From Nitrospirales bacterium (lineage in GTDB: Bacteria; Nitrospirota; Nitrospiria; Nitrospirales; UBA8639): DNA of 64,000 nt. The notes below the pieces were generated by a model, which was given only the letters and a program-made list of their open reading frames with translations, ran no database searches and was not told where the DNA came from. Within the stretch, counting starts at the first letter, position 1. The number at the start of each line of letters is the position of its first letter. The stretch is taken from positions 2,464,001 through 2,528,000 of the forward strand of contig OY820905.2 of NCBI GenBank assembly GCA_963555755.3, read 5' to 3'. The translations under genes were made by a program, and so were the position numbers. Of this stretch, positions 18,058 to 27,412 are shown piece by piece.

Positions 18058-19067
18058 CTCGGCCGCTCCGACAACAACTCGCGCAGGCTCTCGAGATGGC
18101 CATAAGCCGGGGGCAGCCGGTTATCGACGATCCGCTCGATCAGGGCATGCGCTGCGCGGTTAAACGGCGCCGGAAACTCCCCGGCCAAGCGGATCAAATG
18201 TCCGTTGTAGGCATCAATTTCGGTTCGACCGGTACCAATATCCGGCGCCATCGAACAATATGTACCACGCAGCGAGGGCCGAAAAAAAATCGCCAGCAAC
18301 GACGCTAACCCCGGGTTCCGTAAGATGCGATCGACCGTATCCGGATGAAAAGGTCCAATTTTGGCGAGCGGGATTTGAGCATGTTTCAAGATTGCATAGT
18401 TCTCGCGCAGCAAACCAAAAAACAGCCGCTTGACCAACGGGTCTGTGATGAGCGCGCCGTTGTCAACACCGGCAGCCGCAGCGAGCGGTGATATTGCTGC
18501 GTTATACATGAGTTTAGTGGCTTTAAAGGGCAAGACATCATCGACCGATCGAACCGGAAATAACGAATTGTCGACCAGTAGATCGGTCAACCACTCGATG
18601 CGATGGCGCTCCGCGTCACTAACAGATCGTCTCGGCCCAATGTGCAGTTCCCCATCACGGGTAATGCGCGTGACCGGACGATCACGATCGCATTCGGATA
18701 CGAATGAGGCGATGCCTTCAGCCGCGTGCCGGTGAGCGTCGAGCGCCGGGGCAAAGCCATTTTGCACCGGTACCAGGAACGTCGCGGGGTCGAGTTTTTC
18801 GAGGACCGCCGCGTTGTCGTAGGTTTTGCAACACAGCAACACCGCGGCGTCCGCGGGCGCGAGCCAATCGCGAAAAGCGACCAGTGGAATTCGACGGTTA
18901 GGGAGACCCGCAACCGCGATTCCGTTTTGCTGCCCGGCCTCGAGTTTGTTCTGGTCGGACTCGATCAAGCGCACTGTTGCGCCGGTGATATCCAAAACGT
19001 AGGCGAGCGCCACACCGATGCCCCCGGCGCCGACGATATCGATGTGCATATTTGAACTACTCACCAT
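18054..19067 (-). CDS. Ketopantoate reductase (PanE/ApbA) family protein
   Basis: GAGGIG, CKTYD, VQNG, KLMYNAAISPL, SMAPD..GRTEIDAYNG. Confidence 0.8.
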   Translation of the reverse strand: MVSSSNMHIDIVGAGGIGVALAYVLDITGATVRLIESDQNKLEAGQQNGIAVAGLPNRRIPLVAFRDWLAPADAAVLLCCKTYDNAAVLEKLDPATFLVPVQNGFAPALDAHRHAAEGIASFVSECDRDRPVTRITRDGELHIGPRRSVSDAERHRIEWLTDLLVDNSLFPVRSVDDVLPFKATKLMYNAAISPLAAAAGVDNGALITDPLVKRLFFGLLRENYAILKHAQIPLAKIGPFHPDTVDRILRNPGLASLLAIFFRPSLRGTYCSMAPDIGTGRTEIDAYNGHLIRLAGEFPAPFNRAAHALIERIVDNRLPPAYGHLESLRELLSERPR

Positions 19068-19328
19068 TGTTTCCGCGTAATCGGTTATGTTATTAAAAAT
19101 TATAATTTCGTTTCATCACGGCGTGGATCCGGTTGTACAGGATCTGCCGAATGGGCCCAAAGGGTTCTGTCGCAAACAACGTTTTTGAAGGCAATAAGGG
19201 GTTTTATCTCCGTGTCCCGCAGACGAGAATTGTCAACTTTACTGGAGTTTTTCAACTTGGTCCAACATGAAAACCAGTGGCGTAACTCACAATTCTATTA
19301 TTTGCGACAGAACCTTAGTGCATGGGAG

Positions 19329-19604
19329 TTAGGCCCAACTGTCGCGATAAGCGCCAATTGCGTCTTGTAGCCAGCTCCAGTTCCAAGTGTGGCTCTGGTG
19401 GCCAGCAGTGGTGACAACAACGACATGAAATTCTGTTCCATCTTCGCTCCGCTTGCCGGTCGCAGCGATGGGTTCTGCTGACGGATCGTCTTCGGGCCTT
19501 ACCAAAACCCGGATTTCCTTGTTCGGCTTGGCGCTCTCGATGGTCGAACGGTTTAGGCTATTGCGAAAATCGAGGATGTAAGTGGGCGATTCGAACTCTT
19601 GCAT
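19329..19604 (-). CDS. Hypothetical protein (91 aa)
   Basis: ATG with an AAGAGG RBS; globular-like composition; isolated ORF. Confidence 0.6.
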   Translation of the reverse strand: MQEFESPTYILDFRNSLNRSTIESAKPNKEIRVLVRPEDDPSAEPIAATGKRSEDGTEFHVVVVTTAGHQSHTWNWSWLQDAIGAYRDSWA

Positions 19605-20143
19605 TTGAACCTCTTAAAAAGGTTGGTGAACGATTCCGTAACTAATCTTCATGTGAAGTATGCACCAGTTCTCGGTTAAAAACTTACTAGGGTGCCCTTC
19701 GTGAAAGGAATTGTATGCTTCTTGGCGCGAAGATTGAAATAGAAAAGATGAGGGAAAGACGGATGGGGAAGGTGTGGTGTTAGGTAATTTTACCTACTAT
19801 TCCCATTTCAAAAAAATAGCACGTGTGCTACGAGGGGTCCGGCCATTGGCACCCCAACGAAACAATTGTGGGGATCGACTTTTTGCAGGAGCGATTTTTC
19901 GGGGGTTAGAGAAGCCAAAAATTCACGGCGAGAAATTTAGTCAAAGTGAACAGGTTGGCTAGGTTGCGCCTGGGTTGCGGATTTGCGGACAGGTGACCCT
20001 CTTTGGTCTATTCCTGTCCGCGTAAACTCAAGTATAATCAGTGTAATCAACAATCAGGAAGCAACTCTAACATCCCAGGTTGTGGCATGATCTGGTCTGA
20101 GCCATGTCGAACCATGAATGGGATTTTTGGCATCACTCCCAGT

Positions 20144-21349
20144 TTAGTTTTCTAAAAACTTCTGGGTCTCTTCGAGGTGTTTCTTCAGGTAGTCCATGAA
20201 GGGGGTTCCACCAGTCCCAACAGCATTGGAATTGCTGAGCCCACGATCCTTTTGGTGATGGATATAAGCTCCTGCATATTCAATGTGGGTCGCTCGAAAT
20301 CTGGTGAGCAACTGGACGCCTTGGCAATACGCTTTCCAGAGGTCGGGCTCTTTTTCTTTTCGATCCCGAACATATCCCCACAACAGCGGTCGGCCTTGAT
20401 CATCTTTGCGTGCTTCCAGATACTCGATAAACGCACGATGCTGAGGCGGCATGTACTGACGCATTTCATTCAAGTAATGGGTCAACGGATCATCGGCATG
20501 ACCCACCCCGAAGGCGGCATCCAGCGAAGGAATAATGGAGCTTTGCGCGCCGGTTTCCCCACGGAATTTTTGGGGCTGCCCCTGTATCTCTTCAACGCCT
20601 TCATACACAAGGCCATGGGGAAGCGCTGGATTATCCTTTGATCCATGAATGTATGGTCTCACCCGCTGATAATAGATGTAGGGATCACAGCGTTCCGGCA
20701 TGCGGTCAAGCGTCTGACACATGGCTTCCTGTGCCGCTGCGACGGCGCGTAAATGGGTGATCACTTCATCGACTTCATCCTCTGCCGCGGCCTCTTGCGC
20801 GTGGACGAGGCCGGCTAAGGCCATTCCGGCTTTGGCTTCGATATCGATATGGATTAACACGAACCACTCTTCGTCTAATCCACCCAAAAAGTTTTGAATC
20901 AATACGATATTATCCAAGACGATGGGTTTCGTCCGATCAAAGCGCCGCCAATTGTCCAGGGCATAAGAGGCGTAAGAAAGCACGGGAGGGCGGCCCAGTT
21001 TTTTCGCCATGTTCCACCATGGTATGGCTATCGCTGCTGGCAGGTGCTGGGCGACATCGTCTGGGTCTTCCCACACGTAGGCATGAGCCGCGAAGGATAG
21101 CACGCGAAACACGGCCCGATAGGTCTCGGGATCGTCGTGATGCAATTCGGCAGGCATCATCGTTTCCTGTTCATGGACCCAGTGACGAAATCGCCGAGCT
21201 GCCAGAAGCTTAGGGAGTTCCGTTCGGAGGTGGTCCAGCGCGGGATATGATGCCAGGCATTCAACGGGATCGTGATCCGGCAGAAACCCCCGCTCTTCAG
21301 ACATATCAAATTGAGTGAGGTCTAATACGTCGGCCGTCGCGTGCTTCAT
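20144..21349 (-). CDS. Indoleamine 2,3-dioxygenase-family heme enzyme
   Basis: ERGFLP, LGRPPVLSYASYALDNW, DEEWFVLIH, RGETGAQSS, YMPPQH, GTGGTPF. Confidence 0.9.
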   Translation of the reverse strand: MKHATADVLDLTQFDMSEERGFLPDHDPVECLASYPALDHLRTELPKLLAARRFRHWVHEQETMMPAELHHDDPETYRAVFRVLSFAAHAYVWEDPDDVAQHLPAAIAIPWWNMAKKLGRPPVLSYASYALDNWRRFDRTKPIVLDNIVLIQNFLGGLDEEWFVLIHIDIEAKAGMALAGLVHAQEAAAEDEVDEVITHLRAVAAAQEAMCQTLDRMPERCDPYIYYQRVRPYIHGSKDNPALPHGLVYEGVEEIQGQPQKFRGETGAQSSIIPSLDAAFGVGHADDPLTHYLNEMRQYMPPQHRAFIEYLEARKDDQGRPLLWGYVRDRKEKEPDLWKAYCQGVQLLTRFRATHIEYAGAYIHHQKDRGLSNSNAVGTGGTPFMDYLKKHLEETQKFLEN

Positions 21350-21381
21350 GATGACACTCCTTTTATTGGAAGGGACCCGTA

Positions 21382-21460
21382 GTAATGCGTAAAGCGTGAT
21401 GCGAATAAGATGTTAAGTGATTTGTCTCCACGTATTACGCCTCACGCATTACGTTTCACG
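21382..21460. repeat. Inverted heptamer cassette (GCGTRAT family) overlapping the lipA stop
   Basis: GTAATGCGTAAAGCGTGATGCG ... CACGTATTACGCCTCACGCATTACG. Confidence 0.8.
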
Positions 21461-22381
21461 TCTTCCCACTTGCTGTTCGGCATGATACGAGCTTCTTACC
21501 AGTGGCCCTGATTCCACATGCTGGAACCCGAAGGATAAACCTTCTTCTTTCAATGCTTGGAATTCTTCTGGCGTATAAAACCGAGCAACCGGGGCATGGT
21601 CTTTTGTTGGGCGCAGATATTGGCCAAGAGTCAAAATGTCGCATCCAACTGCTCGAAGATCGAGCATCACGTCCCTGAGCTCGTCAAAGGTTTCTCCCAA
21701 CCCTGCCATCAATCCTGATTTGGTCAGTGCTCCCATGGATTTGGCTCGGTCGAGCAGTTCAAGGGAGCGCTGGTATTTGCCTTGAGGCCGGATCGAAGGA
21801 AACAGTCGTGGGACGGTTTCAATATTGTGATTGAGAATATCTGGCTGCTCATTCATCACGGTGGCGAGAGCGGATTCTCGGCCTTGGAAGTCCGGGATCA
21901 ACACCTCAACAGTACACGTGGGTATCTTGTTCCGGATTTGGCGGATCGTGTCCGCGAAGAGTGAGGCTCCGCCATCCTCCAGTTCGTCCCGGTTCACGGA
22001 AGTGATGACAGCATGCCTCAAGCCCAGGGCCTGTACAGCATCGGCAACCCGAACTGGCTCGTCTAAATCCAACTCATTGGGACGGCCTGTCGTCACCGCA
22101 CAGTAATGGCACCGGCGTGTACAAATATCACCCAGAATGAGAAACGTTGCAGTGCGATTGTTCCAGCATTCCCAGACATTTGGGCACCGGGCTTCTTCGC
22201 ATATAGTGTGAAGCCCGCGTTCGGTCATAATCCGCCGGATTTCCTGGTAATCTGGGCCCTGTCGGATTTTGACCTTGAACCAAGGAGGAAGATGCCCGTT
22301 TGAGGTCTGTTTTCTTCCCCCCCATGTTGAGTGCCGAATCTCATTCATCCGCACAAAGGTTATCGTTTCGTTTCCAGTCAC
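21449..22381 (-). CDS. lipA: Lipoyl synthase (true start possibly 22348)
   Basis: CEEARCPNVWEC, CTRRCHYC, RSSYHA. Confidence 0.95.
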   Translation of the reverse strand: MTGNETITFVRMNEIRHSTWGGRKQTSNGHLPPWFKVKIRQGPDYQEIRRIMTERGLHTICEEARCPNVWECWNNRTATFLILGDICTRRCHYCAVTTGRPNELDLDEPVRVADAVQALGLRHAVITSVNRDELEDGGASLFADTIRQIRNKIPTCTVEVLIPDFQGRESALATVMNEQPDILNHNIETVPRLFPSIRPQGKYQRSLELLDRAKSMGALTKSGLMAGLGETFDELRDVMLDLRAVGCDILTLGQYLRPTKDHAPVARFYTPEEFQALKEEGLSFGFQHVESGPLVRSSYHAEQQVGRRET

Positions 22382-22454
22382 GTTTCTTTTCCTTTTGCTC
22401 TTTTGGAAAGTGACGAATCATCCGTCGTTATTATCTCGTGACTTGTCTGCCTGA

Positions 22455-22594
22455 TCCCCTCGCCCCCGTGGCGGGGGAGAGGGCAAGAGTGAGGGGGGCA
22501 ACGAAGGTGCATAAGCGCGATCAATGACAAAACCGGGGTTAGAAAGTAGCCCCTCACCCCAACCCTCTCCCCACTGAACATGTGGGGAGAGGGA
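22455..22594. repeat. REP-like element (CCCCTCACCCCAACCCTCTCCCC family)
   Basis: Paired GC-rich palindromes; close copy at 25521-25657, relative at 30764-30886. Confidence 0.85.
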
Positions 22595-22643
22595 GTTTTT
22601 AGCGGGCCAGCTGTTCGCCTTGGGTCATTCATATTTTGTTCTT

Positions 22644-23480
22644 TCACGAAATACGAGAGACGAACGACGAACCCAATCTGTTCATCCCCCTGCCAGAGAT
22701 TCGAACATGTGCATCACGGGATTTTGCATTTTTTTGCTGCTGTGTCGCGATGGCTTCCAGGACGGAGCCAATACCGTCTCCTTTGAGAGCCACGGTCGCG
22801 ACAACCTGGGGAACCCAGCCCTGTAAATCACGTAGCGTCGCCTCGGCACCATCTCGGTCAGCCTTGTTGACCACCACCAGGTGGGCAATCTCTAACAATC
22901 CAGCTTTCATCGCCTGAATCTCGTCTCCGAGTCCTGGAGCGACCACCACCACCACGGTCTGGGCAAACCGCGCGATTTCTCCTTCCTCCTGACCCATGCC
23001 AACGGTTTCAATCAACACCACATCAAATCCAGCGGCTTCGAGAACTTTAAGTGCGCATCCCGTGGCTTTGGCCAGTCCCCCACGGTGCCCCCGTGTGGCC
23101 ATGCTCCGAATATACACGTGCTCGTCTAGCGAATGGTCTTGCATACGAATTCGGTCACCCAAGATGGCTCCTCCGGAAAAAGGGCTGCTTGGATCAACAG
23201 TCAATATGCCAACGTTCTTGCCCTCTGCTCGATACGCGGCTGCAAGACGATTGATCAACGTGCTTTTCCCAGCACCGGGATATCCGGTTATGCCAATGAC
23301 CGATGTTCGTCCAGATGAGGATCCAAGCTGGTTAATGAGTTCAGTGGCCTGGGTAAGATTGGATTCGGCCATGCTGATTAAACGGGAGACCGCACGAAGG
23401 TTTCCGCTTTTAGCTTGGTTCCAGAGGGACACGGGTTTATTGAGATCCTCTTCACGAACAGTCATTTGAGTTCCATCCAT
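22644..23480 (-). CDS. meaB: MeaB/ArgK GTPase chaperone of B12-dependent acyl-CoA mutase
   Basis: GYPGAGKST, VDPSSPFSGGAILGDRIRM, IRSMATRG, ETVGMGQ, NKAD. Confidence 0.93.
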   Translation of the reverse strand: MDGTQMTVREEDLNKPVSLWNQAKSGNLRAVSRLISMAESNLTQATELINQLGSSSGRTSVIGITGYPGAGKSTLINRLAAAYRAEGKNVGILTVDPSSPFSGGAILGDRIRMQDHSLDEHVYIRSMATRGHRGGLAKATGCALKVLEAAGFDVVLIETVGMGQEEGEIARFAQTVVVVVAPGLGDEIQAMKAGLLEIAHLVVVNKADRDGAEATLRDLQGWVPQVVATVALKGDGIGSVLEAIATQQQKNAKSRDAHVRISGRGMNRLGSSFVSRIS

Positions 23481-24412
23481 TAACCAGTATTAGCCCCAAC
23501 CATGGTTGAATTAGGCGGAGCGCTAAACGTTGAAGACAGAGTGTGCCCTAATTCTTTTGTGATTATCCCAAATGCTTCAACGACTTGTTTTTCATTGACT
23601 GCCAGGTGGGCATTCTGGGCTTTGAACGCTCTGACCAAGTCTTCGGTGGCCACATTGCCCGGGGCTCCTGGCGCATACGGGCACCCACCTAAGCCACCCG
23701 CACTCCCATCAAAATGTGTGATGCCAAACTGTTCCCACGCCATCAACGCATTGGCGATAGCCAACCGATACGTGTCGTGGAGATGCAAGCCGAGTCGCGC
23801 AGGAGGCCATTCCGCACACACGGTTTCTAACAAGGCCCGCATGTCATGAGGAGAGGCCTTGCCGAGTGTTTCGCCCAACGCGATCTCCTCCACGCCGATA
23901 TCCTGAAGCTGGCGCATGACCATCATCACGGCCTCCGGAGCAATTCGACCTTCATACGGACACACCACCACCGTTGAAATGTACCCTCGCACCTTCAATC
24001 CGGTTTGCTTTGCCCGAGACACCACGGGACGAAGGCGGGCGATGGATTCGGCAATGGTGGCATGAATATTATGTTGATTGAAGGAATTGGACGCCGCAGT
24101 GAAGACCGCAATTTTATCCACGCCAGCGGCTAATGCCCGCTCCAAGCCTTGTTCATTGGGCACCAGAGCCGTATACGTAACGCCCTTGGTTCGATTGATC
24201 TGCCGGAAGACTTCGTCGGTGTCTTTCATTTGCGGAACGGCCTTGGGTGACACAAAGGCGCCGACTTCGATTTCGGAGACCCCAGTGGCCGACAAGGCAT
24301 TAATAAAATTGACTTTCGTTTCAAGTGACACCTGTGTGCCTTCATTTTGGAGCCCATCCCTTGGCCCGACCTCGGTAATCCGAATGATCGTTGATTGTTG
24401 TTTTTCAGGCAT
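23480..24412 (-). CDS. liuE: Hydroxymethylglutaryl-CoA lyase
   Basis: EVGPRDGLQNE, FVSPKAVPQM, HLHDT, GLGGCPYAPGAPGNVATED; start at ATG 24412 with a GGAG RBS. Confidence 0.92.
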   Translation of the reverse strand: MPEKQQSTIIRITEVGPRDGLQNEGTQVSLETKVNFINALSATGVSEIEVGAFVSPKAVPQMKDTDEVFRQINRTKGVTYTALVPNEQGLERALAAGVDKIAVFTAASNSFNQHNIHATIAESIARLRPVVSRAKQTGLKVRGYISTVVVCPYEGRIAPEAVMMVMRQLQDIGVEEIALGETLGKASPHDMRALLETVCAEWPPARLGLHLHDTYRLAIANALMAWEQFGITHFDGSAGGLGGCPYAPGAPGNVATEDLVRAFKAQNAHLAVNEKQVVEAFGIITKELGHTLSSTFSAPPNSTMVGANTG

Positions 24413-24450
24413 ATTCACTCCCAAGGAACTATCCAGGTTGTAAGGGGCAA

Positions 24451-24650
24451 GGTTCAAAGTTCAGGGTTCAAAGTTCAGGGTTCAAAGTTCACGGTTCAGG
24501 GTTTTCGGATCACGGATCCTAACCCGAACCCCTGAACCTTGAACCCTTGAACCTTAATCCTCTGAACCTTGAACCCCTGAACCTTGAACCCTTGAACCTT
24601 AATCCTCTGAACCTTTAAACCCTGAACCCCTAAACCTTAACCCCTGAATC
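24451..24650. repeat. Inverted heptamer cassette (GTTCAAA/GTTCAGG family)
   Basis: About seven GTTCARR units followed by many CYTGAAC units; overlaps the 3' end of the hydratase. Confidence 0.9.
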
Positions 24651-25460
24651 TGACACCTGCGAAGAGGTTTTCACCCAATGCGGAGATCGCTTTTCAACAA
24701 AAGCCAACAGTCCCTCTGCTGCCTCAGCCGACCCTCGCATCTCAGCATTCACGCGGGTGCATAGAGGCCACTTGTCTTGATCCGGAAGTGCAAGGAGTAT
24801 CCGCAGGAATTTCTTCGTTTCCTTAATGGCTTCAGGTGCTCCTTGAAGGATATGTTCAATGAGCAGGTGAATGTGGCTATCGAGCTCCTCAGCTGGCACC
24901 ACTTCCTGAACCAACCCGACCTGTTTGGCAACATCGGCTGAAAAAATTTCTCCAGTCAAACACAAACGGGTCGTCTGGGAAACGCCAAGTCGTCGCAGCA
25001 AATAGGGCGCGATAATCGCTGGAATCAAACCCAACCGGACTTCGCGAAAGGCAAACTGGGCATCTGGTGAGGCTACAGCCATATCACACGCGGCAATGAG
25101 GCCCGCTCCTCCTCCAAAGGCTGCTCCGTGGACTCGGGCAATCACAGGATAGGGGCACTCGTCGATTGCCTGATACATCTGCAAAAGGTTTTCGGCGGCC
25201 TGCACTCGTTGGACTTTCGAGATTTGGTCGGTCGTAGTCAACCACTTGAGGTCCATCCCTGCGCTGAAGGTAGGGCCGGCTCCACCCAGGATGATGACCC
25301 GAACGTTCGGGTTTTGGCTAAGCCCCTGAAAAAGAGTAGCCAGTTCAATCACCATTTGAGGATTGAAGGCATTTCTGACCTCAGGTCGGTTCAAGGTCAC
25401 CTGGGCCACTGTATCCTGAATCTCAATTTTGACTGTCTCGAAATGTTTCATTGTGTTCAC
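24630..25460 (-). CDS. liuC: Enoyl-CoA hydratase, methylglutaconyl-CoA hydratase-like
   Basis: LNRPEVRNAF, FSAGMDL, GAAFGGGAGL, EVRLGLIPA; lies between the carboxyltransferase and HMG-CoA lyase. Confidence 0.85.
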   Translation of the reverse strand: MNTMKHFETVKIEIQDTVAQVTLNRPEVRNAFNPQMVIELATLFQGLSQNPNVRVIILGGAGPTFSAGMDLKWLTTTDQISKVQRVQAAENLLQMYQAIDECPYPVIARVHGAAFGGGAGLIAACDMAVASPDAQFAFREVRLGLIPAIIAPYLLRRLGVSQTTRLCLTGEIFSADVAKQVGLVQEVVPAEELDSHIHLLIEHILQGAPEAIKETKKFLRILLALPDQDKWPLCTRVNAEMRGSAEAAEGLLAFVEKRSPHWVKTSSQVSDSGVKV

Positions 25461-25520
25461 TCTAATTCGTATCTCGTATCTCGTCGTTCGAATTTCGTAA
25501 CTCGTGCCTCGTCTGTCTGA

Positions 25521-25657
25521 TCCCCTCGCCCCCGTGGCGGGGGAGAGGGCAAGGGTGAGGGGGGCAACGAATAGGCATACCCTCGTCCAAAGGCAAAACC
25601 GGAATGAAGTAGCCCCTCACCCCAACCCTCTCCCCACCAAACATGTGGGGAGAGGGA
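25521..25657. repeat. REP-like element copy, flanked by TCGTATC/TACGAAA heptamer arms (25466-25803)
   Basis: Similar to 22455-22594. Confidence 0.8.
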
Positions 25658-25804
25658 GTTAGGCGCTGGCCAATTCACAAATTGCATAAACCGTTCCTCT
25701 ATCCGTTTTTGTGCTACTCGATATCTACAATTGAAATTCAACACCGACGTCATTCGTATTTCCTTCTTTCAGGAAATACAAGGTGCGAAATACGAACGAC
25801 GGAT

Positions 25805-27412
25805 TTACCATCTGGACACAGGTTGCAGCGTAATGCCTCTTCTTGGGCGATAGACAATGTCCAGGCAAAGTCCGATCACCTTTCGTGTGTCAGCCGGGTC
25901 TATGATTCCGTCATCCCAAAGATGGGCAGAGGAATAGTAGGCACTCCCTTCCTGTTCATATTGTGCCAAAATGGCTTCGGTTTGTTTCTTCATCCCTTCT
26001 TCCGAGACTGCTCGTCCTTGCTGAGCAGTCTGAGCTTTCTTAATAGTGCTCAACACTTGAGCGGCCTGCGGGCCACCCATGACAGAAGTCCGGGAATTTG
26101 GCCACGTAAACAGGAATCGAGGGTTATACGCTCGACCACACATGGCATAATTTCCTGCTCCATGGGAGGCCCCAATAATTACAGTTAATTTAGGAACTTT
26201 TGAAGTCGCCACAGCTTGAACCATTAATGCGCCAGCTTTGATGATCCCCCGTTCCTCTTGCTGTTTTCCCACCATAAAGCCTGGAATATTTTGGAGGAAT
26301 ATCAGAGGAATGTTGCGCTGAGAGCACAGTTGAATGAAGTGTGCCCCCTTCGATGCTGATTCGATGAACAGGACGCCATTGTTGGCCACAATGCCAACGC
26401 GGTGTCCCATCCACTGTGCAAAGCCACACACCAATGTGGTTCCATACCGGGGTTTGAATTCTTGGAATCGGCTGCCATCAACCAGACGAGCAATGATGTC
26501 TTTGATTTCAAAGAGCTGGCGTGTGGTATTGGGAATCAAACTGTAGAGGTCCCTGCTGGGGTAGAGCGGCTCTTCCGGCTCGGATCGTTGACCGAAGCGT
26601 CGAGAGGGCTCTCCCCAATTCGACACGAGGTCTCGACAGAGTTCCAAGGCTTCCTGGTCACTTTCCGCAAGGTAGTCGCTCACGCCTGACAGGCGAGTGT
26701 GAAGATCAGCTCCTCCCAAGGCTTCTGCTGTGACATCTTCACCCGTTGCGGCTTTGACGAGCGGTGGCCCAGCCAAATAAATGGTCCCCGTGCCCTTGAC
26801 GATAATGTTCTCATCGCACATGGCCGGCACATAGGCCCCGCCTGCCGTACACATCCCCATCACCACGGCGAGTTGAGGGATGCCCATGGCCGACATGCGG
26901 GCTTGGTTAAAAAAGATTCGGCCAAAATCGTTTTTGTCTGCGAACACTTCGGCTTGCTTGGGAAGGAACACGCCACCGGAATCAACGAGATAAATCGCCG
27001 GCAGCCGATTTTGAAAGGCCACTTCTTGAGCGCGAAGGTGCTTCTTAATGGTCAGAGGAAAATAGGTTCCGCCTTTCACAGTGGCATCATTAGCCACGAT
27101 CACGCAGGGTCGCCCGGACACCATCCCAATCCCGCTGATCAGTCCAGCGGATGGAACATGATTGTCGTACAAATCCCAAGCGGCTAATGGGCTGAGTTCC
27201 AACCAAAACGACTCCGGATCAAGCAGCGCCGCAATCCGTTCGTGAGCCAAGAGTTTGCCTCGCTTGCGATGAAGCGCAACAGCATCTGAAGAGCCACCGC
27301 TGTGAACATGTTTTAAACGGTCCCGCAACTCGGACAGAAGTTGGTCGTTATGCACGTGATTCCCTTTGTAGGGATCAGCTGTAGAATCAATGGAAGAGTG
27401 AAGTGCTTTCAT
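25805..27412 (-). CDS. liuB: 3-methylcrotonyl-CoA carboxylase beta (carboxyltransferase) subunit
   Basis: [61 protein letters not shown]. Confidence 0.92.
   Translation of the reverse strand: MKALHSSIDSTADPYKGNHVHNDQLLSELRDRLKHVHSGGSSDAVALHRKRGKLLAHERIAALLDPESFWLELSPLAAWDLYDNHVPSAGLISGIGMVSGRPCVIVANDATVKGGTYFPLTIKKHLRAQEVAFQNRLPAIYLVDSGGVFLPKQAEVFADKNDFGRIFFNQARMSAMGIPQLAVVMGMCTAGGAYVPAMCDENIIVKGTGTIYLAGPPLVKAATGEDVTAEALGGADLHTRLSGVSDYLAESDQEALELCRDLVSNWGEPSRRFGQRSEPEEPLYPSRDLYSLIPNTTRQLFEIKDIIARLVDGSRFQEFKPRYGTTLVCGFAQWMGHRVGIVANNGVLFIESASKGAHFIQLCSQRNIPLIFLQNIPGFMVGKQQEERGIIKAGALMVQAVATSKVPKLTVIIGASHGAGNYAMCGRAYNPRFLFTWPNSRTSVMGGPQAAQVLSTIKKAQTAQQGRAVSEEGMKKQTEAILAQYEQEGSAYYSSAHLWDDGIIDPADTRKVIGLCLDIVYRPRRGITLQPVSRW

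Noticed and set aside
22378..22647. 89-aa ORF between meaB and lipA (and 25457-25753)
   Set aside because: Read-through of REP-like elements (PHPCPLP/GERVGVRG are repeat translations)
24451..24650. Possible CRISPR array
   Set aside because: 7-nt tandem units without unique spacers; no cas genes in the window
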